NCBI GenBank assembly: GCA_032718475.1
Contig: JAUCBJ010000239.1
Location: 1 to 56,310 of the forward strand
Source of the DNA: Nemertoderma westbladi
Lineage: Eukaryota; Animalia; Xenacoelomorpha
Reading direction: 5' to 3'
DNA: 56,310 nt
The notes under the pieces were generated by a model. It was not told where the DNA came from, did not search any database, and worked only from the letters and a program-made list of their open reading frames with translations. Position 1 is the stretch's first letter; every line of letters begins with the position of its first letter. Made by a program: the position numbers and the translations under genes. This document shows positions 1 to 12,570 of this stretch, piece after piece.

Positions 1-47
1 TATCAAATAGGAGAAGGGAGGATACTGGACGCAATCCCATCTTGCCA

Positions 48-151
48 ATTACTACTACTACTAGGATCGGCATGCTGCATTGCAGCTGCATTTTAAGAAT
101 GCTGTGCCGGCTGTCAACAAATTGCACCGCCACAACTCCCTATCACCCATG
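48..151 (-). mobile_element. 3' end fragment of RTE-type LINE with (TAG)n tail
   Basis: Near-identical to the 3' end of the LINE at 8330..8428 (ggcatgctgcattgcagctgcattttaagaatgctgtg...ccctatcacccatg); preceded on + by (act)n, i.e. a trinucleotide tail. Confidence 0.8.
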
Positions 152-189
152 GTCCCGCCTAATATCCCGCCTCAATGTTAAATTCTCAA

Positions 190-340
190 TTCGGGATAGG
201 AGCAGGTTACTGTGGCACGTTATTTAACCAAATCAATAAACTAAACACAATAGAACAGGTTACAGTTTTAGTTTTGAGTGTAATCAGCTGTTATTTGGGT
301 CGAATTCCCTTGGAGAGGGATGGAATTTTATTGCGTCCTG
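190..340. repeat. Dispersed repeat; homologous copy at ~15385..15533, partial copies at ~11455..11550
   Basis: Shared collinear blocks ggagcaggtt...gttatt..aaccaaa..aataaac...aacaggttacag...gtaatc.gctgttattt...ttgcgtc. Confidence 0.65.
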
Positions 341-1640
341 TTTCCTACGCTATCTACAAATAGTACCCCCACGTTGTGGGGCCATCGCGCAGCGCGAGAT
401 CTATATGTGAAATTGTATAAATATATCCAGACATCGTCTATAGTAAATACAAAATTTATTGACAATAATTTATTGTACAGTATTATATGTAGACTGTATT
501 TTTATATTAAAAACATTAGAAGGCCCTTCCAAAGTTATTAAGCATGACGATGAGATATACTTAGCGGCCTACCGTAAATTGCACTACATCACATCAGAAA
601 CTGTCTCATTTTATGAGAAAACTTCATAATGTAGGTCATCTGTGATAATATCGTGAAAATGTAGGAATGGGTTCAAAAGTTAAGCTTATTAGACGATTAT
701 ATTTCGTGCCACCTAGCGCCAGATAGTGACAATGCGGGCGTCGTCGTAATTCCACAGGCAATTTGTGAAAGTTAACCAAAACTTTATCTAAACTGTTCAT
801 AGATTGTCCCACTTCAAATCACATTTTATTACTGCACTTGCGCACGTTATTACGTGTAGTATTACGTGAGTGCGTAGGCCTATATGATACTAGTACGTGC
901 GGATGTGTTAGAAATTATTTTTTCTTCAAAGTCATGTCCCTTTAGGAAAGCTAATACTTGCCTCAGTCAAAACTGGCAAGAACGAAAATAAAACTAGATT
1001 CCGCTTTCCTATTTGTGCATTGTTCCTAGCCATTGGACGTGTTTACTGTTACTTGTTCCATTGTAGTACATAATTCCATAAACTTTGTCCTTAGATGATG
1101 ATGGATGTTTAACTTAGTGTGCTTCTGCTTATACAGTATTTATATTGGGTTTGTAGTTGATTGGGAGGTATTATTTATCTATTATATTTTTTGTATTATT
1201 TAGCACACGTACTTGAATTTGTTTAAGGCCTATTTATAGTATTTATATTCTTTTCAATTGTGTTTCCTGTGGTACCGTTTACCGTTTAGTGTGGGTTGAT
1301 GCAGTAGTTTATAGACCTACTGCTTTACTGTCACTGTAGGTACTGTAGGTCATGAGAAACCGAGTGCAGTGATATGCGGCTGTGCGATGATGTGGGAATT
1401 ACAAAATAGGAAGTTATGTTATACAATTGAATTATTTATAATATATTATTAAAGCTACAGTATGTTTTAATGTATCATTTGTGCGTTGACTTAATTTAAT
1501 TGTCTTCATATCGCTTTATTGTGTTGTGCACAGTATAATATTTAATTTATTAATTAAATTATTGTGATACAGGATATTAAACCGTCAGATTATTATAACC
1601 CTTTCATATTTTGAAATATAAAGATTATGTCGCATTATTA

Positions 1641-4551
1641 TGGAGGCACTCTAGCAACTCTGTAGTGGCACCAACTCATAATGGAGCCATTCTAGTGGCA
1701 CCAACTCATAATGGAACCATTCTGGTGGTACCAACTTATAATGGAGCCATTCTAGTGGTACCAATTCATAATGTAGCCATTCTAGTGGTACCAACTCATA
1801 ATGGAGTCTTTCTAGTGGCACCAACTCATAATGGAGCCATTCTAGTGGGCACCAACACATAATGGAGCCATTATAGTGACACCAACTCATAATGTAGCCA
1901 TTCTGGTGGTACCAACTCATAATGGAACCATTCTAGTGGGCACCAACTCATAATGGAGCCATTCTGGTGGTACCAACTCATAATGGAACCATTCTAGTGG
2001 CGCCAACTCATAATTGAGCCATTCTAGTGGCACCAACTCATAATGGAGCCATTCTGGTGGTACCAACTCATAATGAAGCATTCTAGTGGCACCAACTCAT
2101 AATGGAGCCATTCTAGTGACACCAACTCATAATGTAGCCATTCTGGTGGTACCAACTCATAATGGAACCATTCTAGTGGGCACCAACTCATAATGGAGCC
2201 ATTCTGGTGGTACCAACTCATAATGGAACCATTCTAGTGGCGCCAACTCATAATTGAGCCATTCTAGTGGCACCAACTCATAGAGGAGCCATTCTAGTGG
2301 GCACCAACTCATAATGAAGCATTCTAGTGGCACCAACTCATAATGAAGGCACTCTAGTGGTACCAACTCATAATGGAGCCACTGACCATTCTAGTGGCAC
2401 CAACTCATAGTGGACCCATTCTAGTGGCACCAACTCATAATGGACCCATTCTAGTGACACCAATTCATAATGGAGTCATTCTAGTGGCTCCAACTCATAA
2501 TGGAGCCATTCTAGTGGCACCAACTCATAATGGAGCCATTATACTGGAGCCATTCTAGTGGGCACCAGCTCACAATGGAGCCACTCTAGTGGTACCATAT
2601 CATAATGGAGGCACTCTAGTGGCACCAATTCAAAATAGAGGCACTCTAGTGGCACCAACTCATAATTGAGCCATTCTAGTGGCACCAACTCATAATTGAG
2701 CCATTCTAGTGGTACCAACTCATAATGGAACCATTCTAGTGGGCACCAACTCATAATGGAGCCATTCTGGTGGTACCAACTCATAATGGAACCATTCTAG
2801 TGGCGCCAACTCATAATTGAGCCATTCTAGTGGCACCAACTCATAATGGAGCCATTCTGGTGGTACCAACTCATAATGGAACCATTCTAGTGGCGCCAAC
2901 TCATAATTGAGCCATTCTAGTGGCACCAACTCATAGAGGAGCCATTCTAGTGGGCACCAACTCATAATGAAGCATTCTAGTGGCACCAACTCATAATGAA
3001 GGCACTCTAGTGGTACCAACTCATAATGGAGCCACTGACCATTCTAGTGGCACCAACTCATAGTGGACCCATTCTAGTGGCACCAACTCATAATGGACCC
3101 ATTCTAGTGACACCAATTCATAATGGAGTCATTCTAGTGGCTCCAACTCATAATGGAGCCATTCTAGTGGCACCAACTCATAATGGAACCATTATACTGG
3201 AGCCATTCTAGTGGGCACCAGCTCACAATGGAGCCACTCTAGTGGTACCATATCATAATGGAGGCACTCTAGTGGCACCAATTCAAAATAGAGGCACTCT
3301 AGTGGCACCAACTCATAATTGAGCCATTCTAGTGGCACCAACTCATAATTGAGCCATTCTAGTGGTACCAACTCATAATGGAACCATTCTAGTGGGCACC
3401 AACTCATAATGGAGCCATTCTGGTGGTACCAACTCATAATGGAACCATTCTAGTGGCGCCAACTCATAATTGAGCCATTCTAGTGGCACCAACTCATAAT
3501 GGAGCCATTCTGGTGGTACCAACTCATAATGAAGCATTCTAGTGGCACCAACTCATAATGGAGCCATTCTAGTGACACCAACTCATAATGTAGCCATTCT
3601 GGTGGTACCAACTCATAATGGAACCATTCTAGTGGGCACCAACTCATAATGGAGCCATTCTGGTGGTACCAACTCATAATGGAACCATTCTAGTGGCGCC
3701 AACTCATAATTGAGCCATTCTAGTGGCACCAACTCATAGAGGAGCCATTCTAGTGGGCACCAACTCATAATGAAGCATTCTAGTGGCACCAACTCATAAT
3801 GAAGGCACTCTAGTGGTACCAACTCATAATGGAGCCACTGACCATTCTAGTGGCACCAACTCATAGTGGACCCATTCTAGTGGCACCAACTCATAATGGA
3901 CCCATTCTAGTGACACCAATTCATAATGGAGTCATTCTAGTGGCTCCAACTCATAATGGAGCCATTCTAGTGGCACCAACTCATAATGGAGCCATTATAC
4001 TGGAGCCATTCTAGTGGGCACCAGCTCACAATGGAGCCACTCTAGTGGTACCATATCATAATGGAGGCACTCTAGTGGCACCAATTCAAAATAGAGGCAC
4101 TCTAGTGGCACCAACTCATAATTGAGCCATTCTAGTGGCACCAACTCATAATTGAGCCATTCTAGTGGTACCAACTCATAATGGAGCCATTCTAGTGGCA
4201 CCACCTCATAATGGAACCATTCTAATGGGCACCAACTCATAGTGGACCCATTCTAGTGGCACCAACTCATAATGGACCCATTCTAGTGACACCAATTCAT
4301 AATGGAGTCATTCTAGTGGCTCTAACTCATAATGGAGCCATTCTAGTGGCACCAACTCATAATGGAGCCATTATACTGGAGCCATTCTAGTGGGCACCAG
4401 CTCACAATGGAGGCACTCTAGTGGCACCAATTCAAAATAGAGGCACTCTAGTGGCACCAACTCATAATTGAGCCATTCTAGTGGCACCAACTCATAATTG
4501 AGCCATTCTAGTGGTACCAACTCATAATTGAGCCACTCTAGTGGTACCAAC
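1641..4551. repeat. 30-bp tandem satellite/minisatellite (~95-100 units), consensus CCATTCTAGTGGCACCAACTCATAATGGAG, with higher-order repeats
   Basis: Directly visible head-to-tail units. Diagnostic variants recur: actgaccattc near 2381/3034/3838 and ttatactggagcc near 2539/3192/3995/4371. All ORFs here are repeat translations. Confidence 0.97.
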
Positions 4552-4765
4552 GTAAAAATATCGAAAGCAAACATCGCGAGTATAGTACTAGCTAGTACCG
4601 GTACCATAGAAACAAAAATAAATATTGTTTTTGTAAATAAACTAGCCACCAATTGATAGCGGATCCATCCGCTGCACGCCACCTACCGAGAGAATGGGGG
4701 ACGGAGTGATTTACGAATCACAACCAGGTATCCAATATCCAATATAATATTGCATACCAAGGAAC

Positions 4766-5104
4766 ACACTCAAAAGAATATAAAATTCATTTTCCTAGCT
4801 TTAATTTAAATTTGTCCCAAATAGGTTGTTTGTGTCCCATATAAGGTGTTTGTGTCCCAAAATGCCTGCAGCTTTCTCAAAATGATTTCAAATAGTTCAT
4901 AAATGTAATGGAATACTGAAAAGAATATCGAATTCATTATCATAGCTTTACATCCAATTTGTCCCAAATAGGTTGTTTGTGTCCCATATAGGGTGTTTGT
5001 GTCCCATATGGGGTGTTTATGTCCCATATGGGATGTTTGTCTCCCAAATAGCGTGTGACTTTCTCCAAATGATTTCATATAGTTTCTAAATGTAATCTTT
5101 TCAG
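4766..5104 (-). repeat. Array of ~130-150 bp units with a 20-bp internal subrepeat (gggacacaaacaccctatat), inverted relative to the blocks at 7489..7826 and 9729..10068
   Basis: tttgtcccaaataggttgtttgtgtcccatat is the reverse complement of atatgggacacaaacaacctatttggga in the downstream blocks. Confidence 0.85.
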
Positions 5105-5108
5105 TATT

Positions 5109-6793
5109 GGCTCATTCCATGCAAATGTCAACCGCAGGGCCAATTTTGAAAAACGTGAATTATTGCTTCTCATATCAATTTTCAGAACCACTATATGATG
5201 CGGCTTACAAATTGAATACAAAAAACCGCATCAAAATTGGTTAACTTTCTGAAATCTGGTGTTATTCGCCCTTACCTCTAAAACTGCAAAAATACATTGA
5301 ACTGAGTGCATAATGTGACCTCCTCGTTTTATGAGTAGCTTTAGGCAGAAGGTAACGTAATAGAGTACTTTTCGAAGCAAAACAATCATATTTTCTAATG
5401 AAATCATTTGCTGTCAATAAAAACAACGTTGTGTCTAAAAGTTAATTGCTCAAAGTCTACTTACATCATAATGTCCCGCACTTTACGCTGAACACCATAT
5501 TTTGTTTGTATAGGATAGACATATTATAATACTGTAGCATGATGTTATTTCGTTTGTAAAACACAAATATATGTATCTTTAATCTGGAGTAGGCCTACTT
5601 AGTTTGTTTGTGGTGTCTCATGTTTTGTGGTATACAGGTCTCCCACACTTTACGTAAAGTGCGGGACAAAAAGTAGAAATATCAAAGGAAGTAGACTAAG
5701 CGTGTACTTTACATAGATCGAAGAACTTCAACTGGAATAATCATAACAGACATTTTAACTCCATAGAAATCTCTGATATTAAGACACTATGAAAAAATGC
5801 ATGAAGATCACATGTATTTCAGTAAATAAAATATTCTCAAAATTTTAATTCCTCTATTTGTATTTGTATTAGTATTTCCAAACTCTGAATAATATTTGTA
5901 GACCTGCCATTAACCCCTTCCAGGCTGGAGCGTATTGCAAGCTCCCATGCCACGGCCTAGACCGTACATTGTATGCTACTATTTATTAACTGAGAAAACT
6001 GCCCTCTTTTACGAACACATGTTTGGGAATTACCTTTTTGAAAAATATTCTCCACTTAATTATATTCACTTATTCGTAAAAGTGCCCTTTCCGGCAAAGC
6101 AAATATTAAAGTTACATTAGCAGCTAGAACATGTTAGGGTTCACATTATCCCAGTGCCAATGTGCTTTAAAAAGTACCCCACACATTTCGTATCGGACTT
6201 GGATATTTGTCATTATTTAAAAAATTAAAAAGTGCCCTTTTTTGAAAAAAACGAACCGACCTTTTAAAATCCTGGCTACGGGCCTGTAACGGTTTTATGG
6301 GTGCACTATACAGTTCCAGGTCTAATCAGGCTATCTAATCTGTATTACATTAGGCGCATTATACAGCGCACTTAAATGGTAATTTTACATAAGCCTAAAA
6401 TAATATTGAACTGCCTTGAGGTAATAATACAGTAAGTAGGAGCCACGCTGTACTAGGGCTTAGGCTACAAACAAATTATACAAACAAATTTGCTATCGCT
6501 GTGTCTACTCTTCTGTTTTACTTACAGTATTATGTATGCACTATATGTTGGCCTCCATTTGTTTTTCTCCTCCATTTGGGGGTGTTCGTACATTGCCAGT
6601 GGTGGTAGAGCAATGTTTTTGCGTCCTTTTTTTTTTTATGCTGGGCCAATTTTGAGAAAGGAAAAGGAAAAACTTGTTTTGAAACTTTGATACGTTACGC
6701 ATCCCAACATTGGAATGCTGGAATGGCGTATTAAAGCCCGCGCAGCCGTATGTTGGAGGCCTATTAATTATATCTATAATCCATGCGGTAATT

Positions 6794-6824
<31 letters not shown>

Positions 6825-7484
6825 ACTCGCCTCATCACTACAGTGTGCACTGTGTACTATAGAGGCCGGACCTCCAGTGGAATTGTATGCTTTAAATACT
6901 TTAACACTTACTTGACAGACTCCTCCACACTCACTTACTTTACACTACATTATACTGTAGATGTACGCAGTAGTAAGGGGCTTTACAGGGCCAACTAAGT
7001 TTGGTGGGTTAGGTTTTGGTAGGTTTAGTTGTATTGTCATTCATCTTTAAGTTCAAATTATATGTAGCAATCTCACTGAAAAGTTTATAACTATCACTGA
7101 TCCGCTCCACTGTTTCATTGAGGTTACCTACCAGCTTACTAAATGGCTGGCTAATTTATTTAATATCTAGGAACATCACGAAACCATAGCTTGCCCACTA
7201 ACTTTACGCAATTCGCTGAACTTTAGCAATGAATTTGACAGTTAAGAATTTCAATTTCGTACGCGTCCCACACTTAACAATTTTTTGAAGCAATAATTCT
7301 GAGACATAAACTGCTGCAGGTTTTCCAAACTGCTTTTTTTTTACTCAACCGATAATTGGTTTTTCTAAGAAACACAAGCATTACCGGTATAATATTTTAG
7401 TTCATTTTCTTGATGTGCAGTACTAAAGTTAAAGTATGCAAAAAAAAGTCGTACGAATGTCCCACGCTTTACATGGAATGAGCC
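5109..7484. mobile_element. Non-autonomous TIR DNA transposon with 4-bp TSD (Sola-like, tentative); carries nested fragments
   Basis: Termini GGCTCATTCCATGCAAA (5109) and TTTACATGGAATGAGCC (7484), flanked by TATT on both sides. Removing it restores the repeat unit cttttcagtatt-acattacattt. No transposase ORF. Confidence 0.75.
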
Positions 7485-7488
7485 TATT

Positions 7489-7826
7489 ACATTACATTTA
7501 TAAACTATTTGAAATCATATTGAGAAAGCCACAGGCTATTTGGGACGCAAACACCCTATATGGGACACAAACAACCTATTTGGGATAAATTTAAATTAAA
7601 GCTAGAAAAATGAATTTTATATTCTTTTGAGTATTACATTACATTTAGAAACTATTTAAAAGCAATTCACACCCTATATGGGACACAAACACCCTATATG
7701 GGACAAAAACAACCTATTTGGGACAAATTGGATTTAAAGCTATGATAATGAATTCGATATTCTTTTCAGTATTCCATTACATTTATAAACTGTTTGAAAT
7801 CATATTGTGAAAGCCACAGGCTATTT
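7489..7826 (+). repeat. Continuation of the ~130-150 bp unit array
   Basis: Repeated caccctatatgggacacaaac...ctatttggga..aaatt...aatgaatt...ttcttttgagtatt units. Confidence 0.85.
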
Positions 7827-7850
7827 ATTATAACTTTTTGTTGGGCACAG

Positions 7851-7942
7851 CTTTTGCAAAGTCGGCAATGACGTCCAGGTGGGATTGAACTGGTGACTTC
7901 CGGGTTTGAAGTCTGAAGCTCTAACCATTCAGCTAGCGGCTC
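7851..7942 (-). mobile_element. tRNA-derived SINE-like element (degenerate cloverleaf; TCA at the anticodon position)
   Basis: Minus strand reads GAGCCGCTAGCTGAATGGTTAGAGCTTCAGACTTCAAACCCGGAAGTCACCAGTTCAATCCCACCTGG, with A-box TAGCTGAATGG and B-box-like AGTTCAATCC. Stems pair poorly. Second partial copy at 8254..8318. Confidence 0.65.
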
Positions 7943-8253
7943 AGGTAAAAAATAGACCTGGTAATACTATCTGATACCTTGTATGTCCGCAATTTACCTC
8001 CTCATGGCCTCTCATCTGTCATACCATCTGCTGCCACTGTGCTCAACCCTACCGTACTTGGCCGTCTTTAACCACTCGCTACAATGAAAGGTAGTATATT
8101 AACCATGAACCAGCACGGCCACAATGATTAATTATACACTCTAACTACTAATTTAGGTAGGACAATTACTCCCATAGAGAAATGCGACCGGTATATTTAT
8201 AATTTATTATTGGTGTTATGGGTGAAAGAGTGGTTTCATATTACTGTATTATA

Positions 8254-8318
8254 CTTTTGCAAAGTCGGCAATGACGTCCAGGTGGAATCGAACTGGTGAC
8301 TTCCGGGTTTGAAATCTG
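8254..8318 (-). mobile_element. 5'-truncated second copy of the tRNA-derived SINE, abutting the LINE 3' tail
   Basis: cttttgcaaagtcggcaatgacgtccaggtgg...cgggtttgaa is shared with 7851..7910; B-box reads GTTCGATTCC in this copy. Confidence 0.7.
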
Positions 8319-8327
8319 CTATTTGGG

Positions 8328-9728
8328 CTAGTAGTAGGATTGGCATGCTGTATTGCAGCTGCATTTTTAAGAATGCTGTGCAGGCTTGTCAACAAAATTG
8401 CACCGCCACAACTCCCTATCACCCATGACATTTGCTAGATCATCCGCATCTTCAAGGCCAGTGTCCTTTAAGATGCGTCTCAAGAAAGTCATGGGCTGTC
8501 CACCATGCTTATTCACTCCATGAGGCTGCCAAAGTACAAGATTATGCACTGGCTGGTCCTCACGGCGAAAGCAATGTCCTGCAAAGCGGAGGCGATTTAG
8601 TTCTAGTGTCAAGCTTGGGGGAACCAATGAGACACCTCCAATGTTATATAGTGTCTGGTTGGAGATGTGTGCATTGTACTTGACACAATGAACCCGGCGT
8701 AGCATTCTTGTGAATGTGCCATCCAGAGATTTGGTGTCCTCAGCAGTTAGAGCCCAGCATGGACTCCCATAGAGGAGTACTGGAACTACTGCTGCTCTAA
8801 ATAATCGGACCTTAAGTTTCCGATTAATTCTCGGTGACTTCCAAATCCTGGAAAGCCTATTCAAGGCTGCCCATGCCTTTCCCTTACGTATTCGAAGGTC
8901 CTCACCTGACTTCCGGATCCATGATCCCAGGTAACAGAAGTCATCCACATGCTCAAGCATACCATCCTTTGAGCTTATGCTCATCCGATCAGAGACTTGC
9001 TGAGGACTTTCAAAGTTAACTGTCAGAATTTTGGTCTTTCTGGAGTTAATAAAAAGACCAACACTAGAAGCAGCATGTTCTAATGAGCTGAGGAGCCGTT
9101 GGGCTTCCTCTAATGATTCTGAGAGTACTCCTAAGTCATCAGCAAAGTCTAGATCAGTTAGGTACTTGGCAGGATTTCCTCGACTTCTGGAGCCAGTAGG
9201 TGGAGTTATCATCACCCCATCATCATTATAATGATCTAAGGACATGCGTAGAACATAGTCAACCACAATAATGAACAAGAATGGTGCAAGTGTGTCTCCT
9301 TGGAGGACGCCCCATAACACTTCAAATGGTTCTGTGTCACCGTCAACAGTAGACACAAATGTTGTCGAACCATCGTATACTGATCTGATTGCTGCAATAA
9401 TTTCATCAGGAATCCCATATAATGAAAGTATGCTGAACATACGTGAGCGAGAGACTGAATCAAAGGCCTTGAAGAAGTCAACAAAGATAACAGCCAGATG
9501 CCTGTCTTTCTTTTTTGATAACTCTTCAATTATCCTTCTAAGTGCCAAAATGGGCTCCATGGTCCCACGACCTTTACGGAACCCATTCTGATTTCCACGG
9601 AGCAGTCTCTCAATGGGATCCCTGATGCGATTTAATAGAATCCTATTGTATAGCTTTGGGATGGATGGTATGGCTTTGTCTCTCAATGGGATCCCTGATG
9701 CGATTTAATAGAATCCTATTGTATAGCT
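8328..9728 (-). mobile_element. 5'-truncated RTE-type non-LTR retrotransposon with an open RT domain
   Basis: ORF 8367..9686 has QNGFRKGRG, FVDFFKAFDSV, GVLQGDTLAPFLF, LDFADDL, FCYLGS, LLYGSPCW, RLRFAGHC; 3' UTR ends in a (CTA)n-like tail. Confidence 0.93.
8367..9686 (-). CDS. Reverse transcriptase domain plus C-terminus of the LINE ORF (endonuclease missing; N-terminal residues are not LINE-derived)
   Basis: 439-codon open frame with canonical non-LTR RT motifs including FADD. Confidence 0.85.
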   Translation of the reverse strand: MRDKAIPSIPKLYNRILLNRIRDPIERLLRGNQNGFRKGRGTMEPILALRRIIEELSKKKDRHLAVIFVDFFKAFDSVSRSRMFSILSLYGIPDEIIAAIRSVYDGSTTFVSTVDGDTEPFEVLWGVLQGDTLAPFLFIIVVDYVLRMSLDHYNDDGVMITPPTGSRSRGNPAKYLTDLDFADDLGVLSESLEEAQRLLSSLEHAASSVGLFINSRKTKILTVNFESPQQVSDRMSISSKDGMLEHVDDFCYLGSWIRKSGEDLRIRKGKAWAALNRLSRIWKSPRINRKLKVRLFRAAVVPVLLYGSPCWALTAEDTKSLDGTFTRMLRRVHCVKYNAHISNQTLYNIGGVSLVPPSLTLELNRLRFAGHCFRREDQPVHNLVLWQPHGVNKHGGQPMTFLRRILKDTGLEDADDLANVMGDRELWRCNFVDKPAQHS

Positions 9729-10068
9729 ATTTGGGATACAAATACCATATATGGGACAAAAACAACCTATTTGGGACAAATTGAAATTAAACCTATGATA
9801 ATGAATTCTATGTTCTTTTGAGTATTCCATTACATTTAGAAACTATTTAAAATCATTTTGAGATAGTCACACGCTATATGGGATACAAACAAACTATTCG
9901 GGACAAATTGGAATTATAGCTACAGTATGATAATGAATTATATATTCCTTTGAGTATTCCATTACATTTAGAAACTATTTGAAATTCTTTTTGAAAAAGC
10001 CACAGGCTATTTTGGACAAAAACACCCTATATGGGACACTAACAACCTACAGTATTTGGGGCAAATTT
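9729..10068 (+). repeat. Third block of the ~130-150 bp unit array
   Basis: Same units as 7489..7826. Confidence 0.85.
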
Positions 10069-10142
10069 TAGACTTATTAAGGACCATTTGGGATGAAGTT
10101 GAGTCTGGGGGAGGAGGGTGCGTTAATTTTATTATTAACTAT

Positions 10143-10740
10143 TTACATACTTGTGTGTAAAGCAGTTGATGATCCGAGTGGGTTTGTTACACGAACGAAC
10201 GTTAGTGAGTGAGTGAAAATAAAGCCACGAGGATCAGAACACTGTAAAGTACTTTGCAACAAGTGTGTATATAGTTTTATTCCAAAATTGTAACATTGCG
10301 AAATGATTGTACATAATATATAGTATTATAAGTGATAGAAACTGCACAAATTACTTTAGTTGCTGTATAAATAAATAAATGTAAAAATGACATAAATTAT
10401 GTTATAAATAAGTTAGCTTATATTTATGGTGGCGTTTGGAGCCATGTTAATAATATAGCTACTGGTCATTAATATAGCTATACCCCGCCTACCGGTAGGT
10501 AATGCAGTAGGCCTATCTGGCTGTCAGACAAATTTCCACCTATTGTTTACGTGGTAACCAATGACGGCGTTAAGTAATGTCCACTAAGGGGACATTACTT
10601 AACTGATAACACCAAATACAATACTAAATGTACAGGCCAATATAATGCTGTAATGTCCTCTAAAGTTGTAAAGTGCTAAATAACAACAACTCGCTGTTAA
10701 TACTAACGGCGTTGAGTAATGTTACAATTTTGGAATAATA
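10143..10740. mobile_element. Putative non-autonomous element with a long 5' hairpin and asymmetric inverted repeat (Crypton-like architecture, tentative)
   Basis: Perfect 21-bp inverted repeat 10277..10297 / 10718..10738; imperfect hairpin gatccgagtgggttt / aaagccacgaggatc around aacgaacgttagtgagtgagtg. Confidence 0.4.
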
Positions 10741-12570
10741 ATTAATTATTATTATACGAATGTATTTAGATTTATTATAAATGAATGAATTGCACAACCT
10801 GAATGAATTGCACATAACATGAAATTAAATATTGTGACTATGATGACACTATAGCTTATAATGCATCACAGTCTTCAGGCCATTTGCAAGGCACCCACAG
10901 TACTGTATATTTTTAACCATAACTAGGGAAATTGTATTCCAAATGCCCTTATTCAGAATGGGAATTTCCACTGTACATATACCGCAACCATATCCTACTC
11001 AATTGTCCCAAATACGTTGCTCTGTCCAGTGTTTGTTAAAATGAGCCCCAGATTCGTAGTTGACACTTGGATTATATATCAGTGGAATTTTCCATTAACT
11101 TTTACATTATATAGCCAATAAGGGAGATGCCTAACATTAGGAATGTGGTGTAACAGATGCCCCCCCTGGAGAAGAATGTGCCCCCCGGCCAATTTTTCAG
11201 GAAAAAATGCCCCCCCCCCTTAGGAAATTAATGCCCCCTCTGATTTACACTATTTTATTGAAGACTGTCTTGACTCGGAGAATGTATGCACAACTGAAAC
11301 CCAGCCTATGAAAGAGACTCTACCAACACCAACCATTACTTTGGGGACCATTGTATGAAACACTTTTATTATATACCGCTTATTTTGTGAAACACTTTAC
11401 AATTTTTTTCATAAACATTTTTTTTCATAGATTAGTAACACACGTCATAAACCAATTGAGGGAAGGGAGCAGGTTACAGATGCAGGCTTTTACTAACCAA
11501 AACAATAAAATGGCCACTATACCAATTGAGGGAAAGAAGCAGTTTACAGAGGCAGATACTGACATGACATATATATAATTAATATTCTACCTTTAATTAC
11601 TATATGTGTGAGTGCAATCATATATATATAGACGGCGGAAGACAAATAAATAAATTGAAATTGGTAGGCAGGCATAATTTCCTAGGAAAAAATGCCCGGC
11701 GGCATATTTTCAATCTCCTAGGATAAAATGCCCAGGGGGCATAGGCCTATTCTAGGGAGGGCTGATTTCCCTGCAGCGCTGCAGCCTGGCAGCATTATGG
11801 TCAGACAGCCAGTAGTCTGTAGTCACTCTATCTATATGCTATAGGCCTAACCAAAAACATCAGACAGTCAAGCAATACTGCAATAGGCTAATAGGTGCCG
11901 GTACCGGTACAGCGGTACGCAGTTCAGCGGTTGTAGAATGACAATTACAAACGGTTGAATAGGACGGTCCCCAAAGTAATAAGACCCACAAATACTGAAA
12001 CTGAAATACCGGTACCGTAGTGAATACAGGAATAGTAGGCCTAGCTGACATTTTTTGACTTGCTTTCTTTCTTATTTGTCTTGCAGGTCTTGCTATGCTC
12101 GACAAAAAGTCTACTTTTTTCTTCCACCACTTAAATCAGTAAATAGTTATTTGTGTTCTTTTATGTTTTAACTTTCTTTTCCCGGTCTGCCGGTAGGCCT
12201 ATGGTCAGACTGTCAGACGGTATCGGGTATGGTCGTTTATATAAACCATCAAATCCGTTTTTTAAAAATTGTTCTTTATCATCCTTGGTCTGCAGATTTG
12301 TACGTGCCTGAACTGAGACTAACCCCCAAGCCCAACCGCCCCCCTTACGTCCTTGCAGGTTACAATATTGGTTAGTACCGTTATACTGTTATAACTATAA
12401 CTTAGGCCTATACAAAATTATAATATTATCCAGATGATAGCCCTAGGCTATTGCTGTACCGTATTGTCTGTTGTTTATCAGTATACTGGTATATGACTAA
12501 TTTGTAACGACAACGCCACGAACTACATCTATCATTCTGATTATTATATTTATTTTTATAAATTTACCAA

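Noticed and set aside
1641-4551. CRISPR array or repetitive protein gene
   Set aside because: Units are head-to-tail with no unique spacers, there are no cas genes, the context is eukaryotic, and frequent 1-bp indels break the reading frames.
7851-7942. Functional tRNA-Sec or opal suppressor tRNA
   Set aside because: Acceptor, anticodon and T stems pair poorly, there is no long variable arm, and the sequence is repeated with a shared non-tRNA tail.
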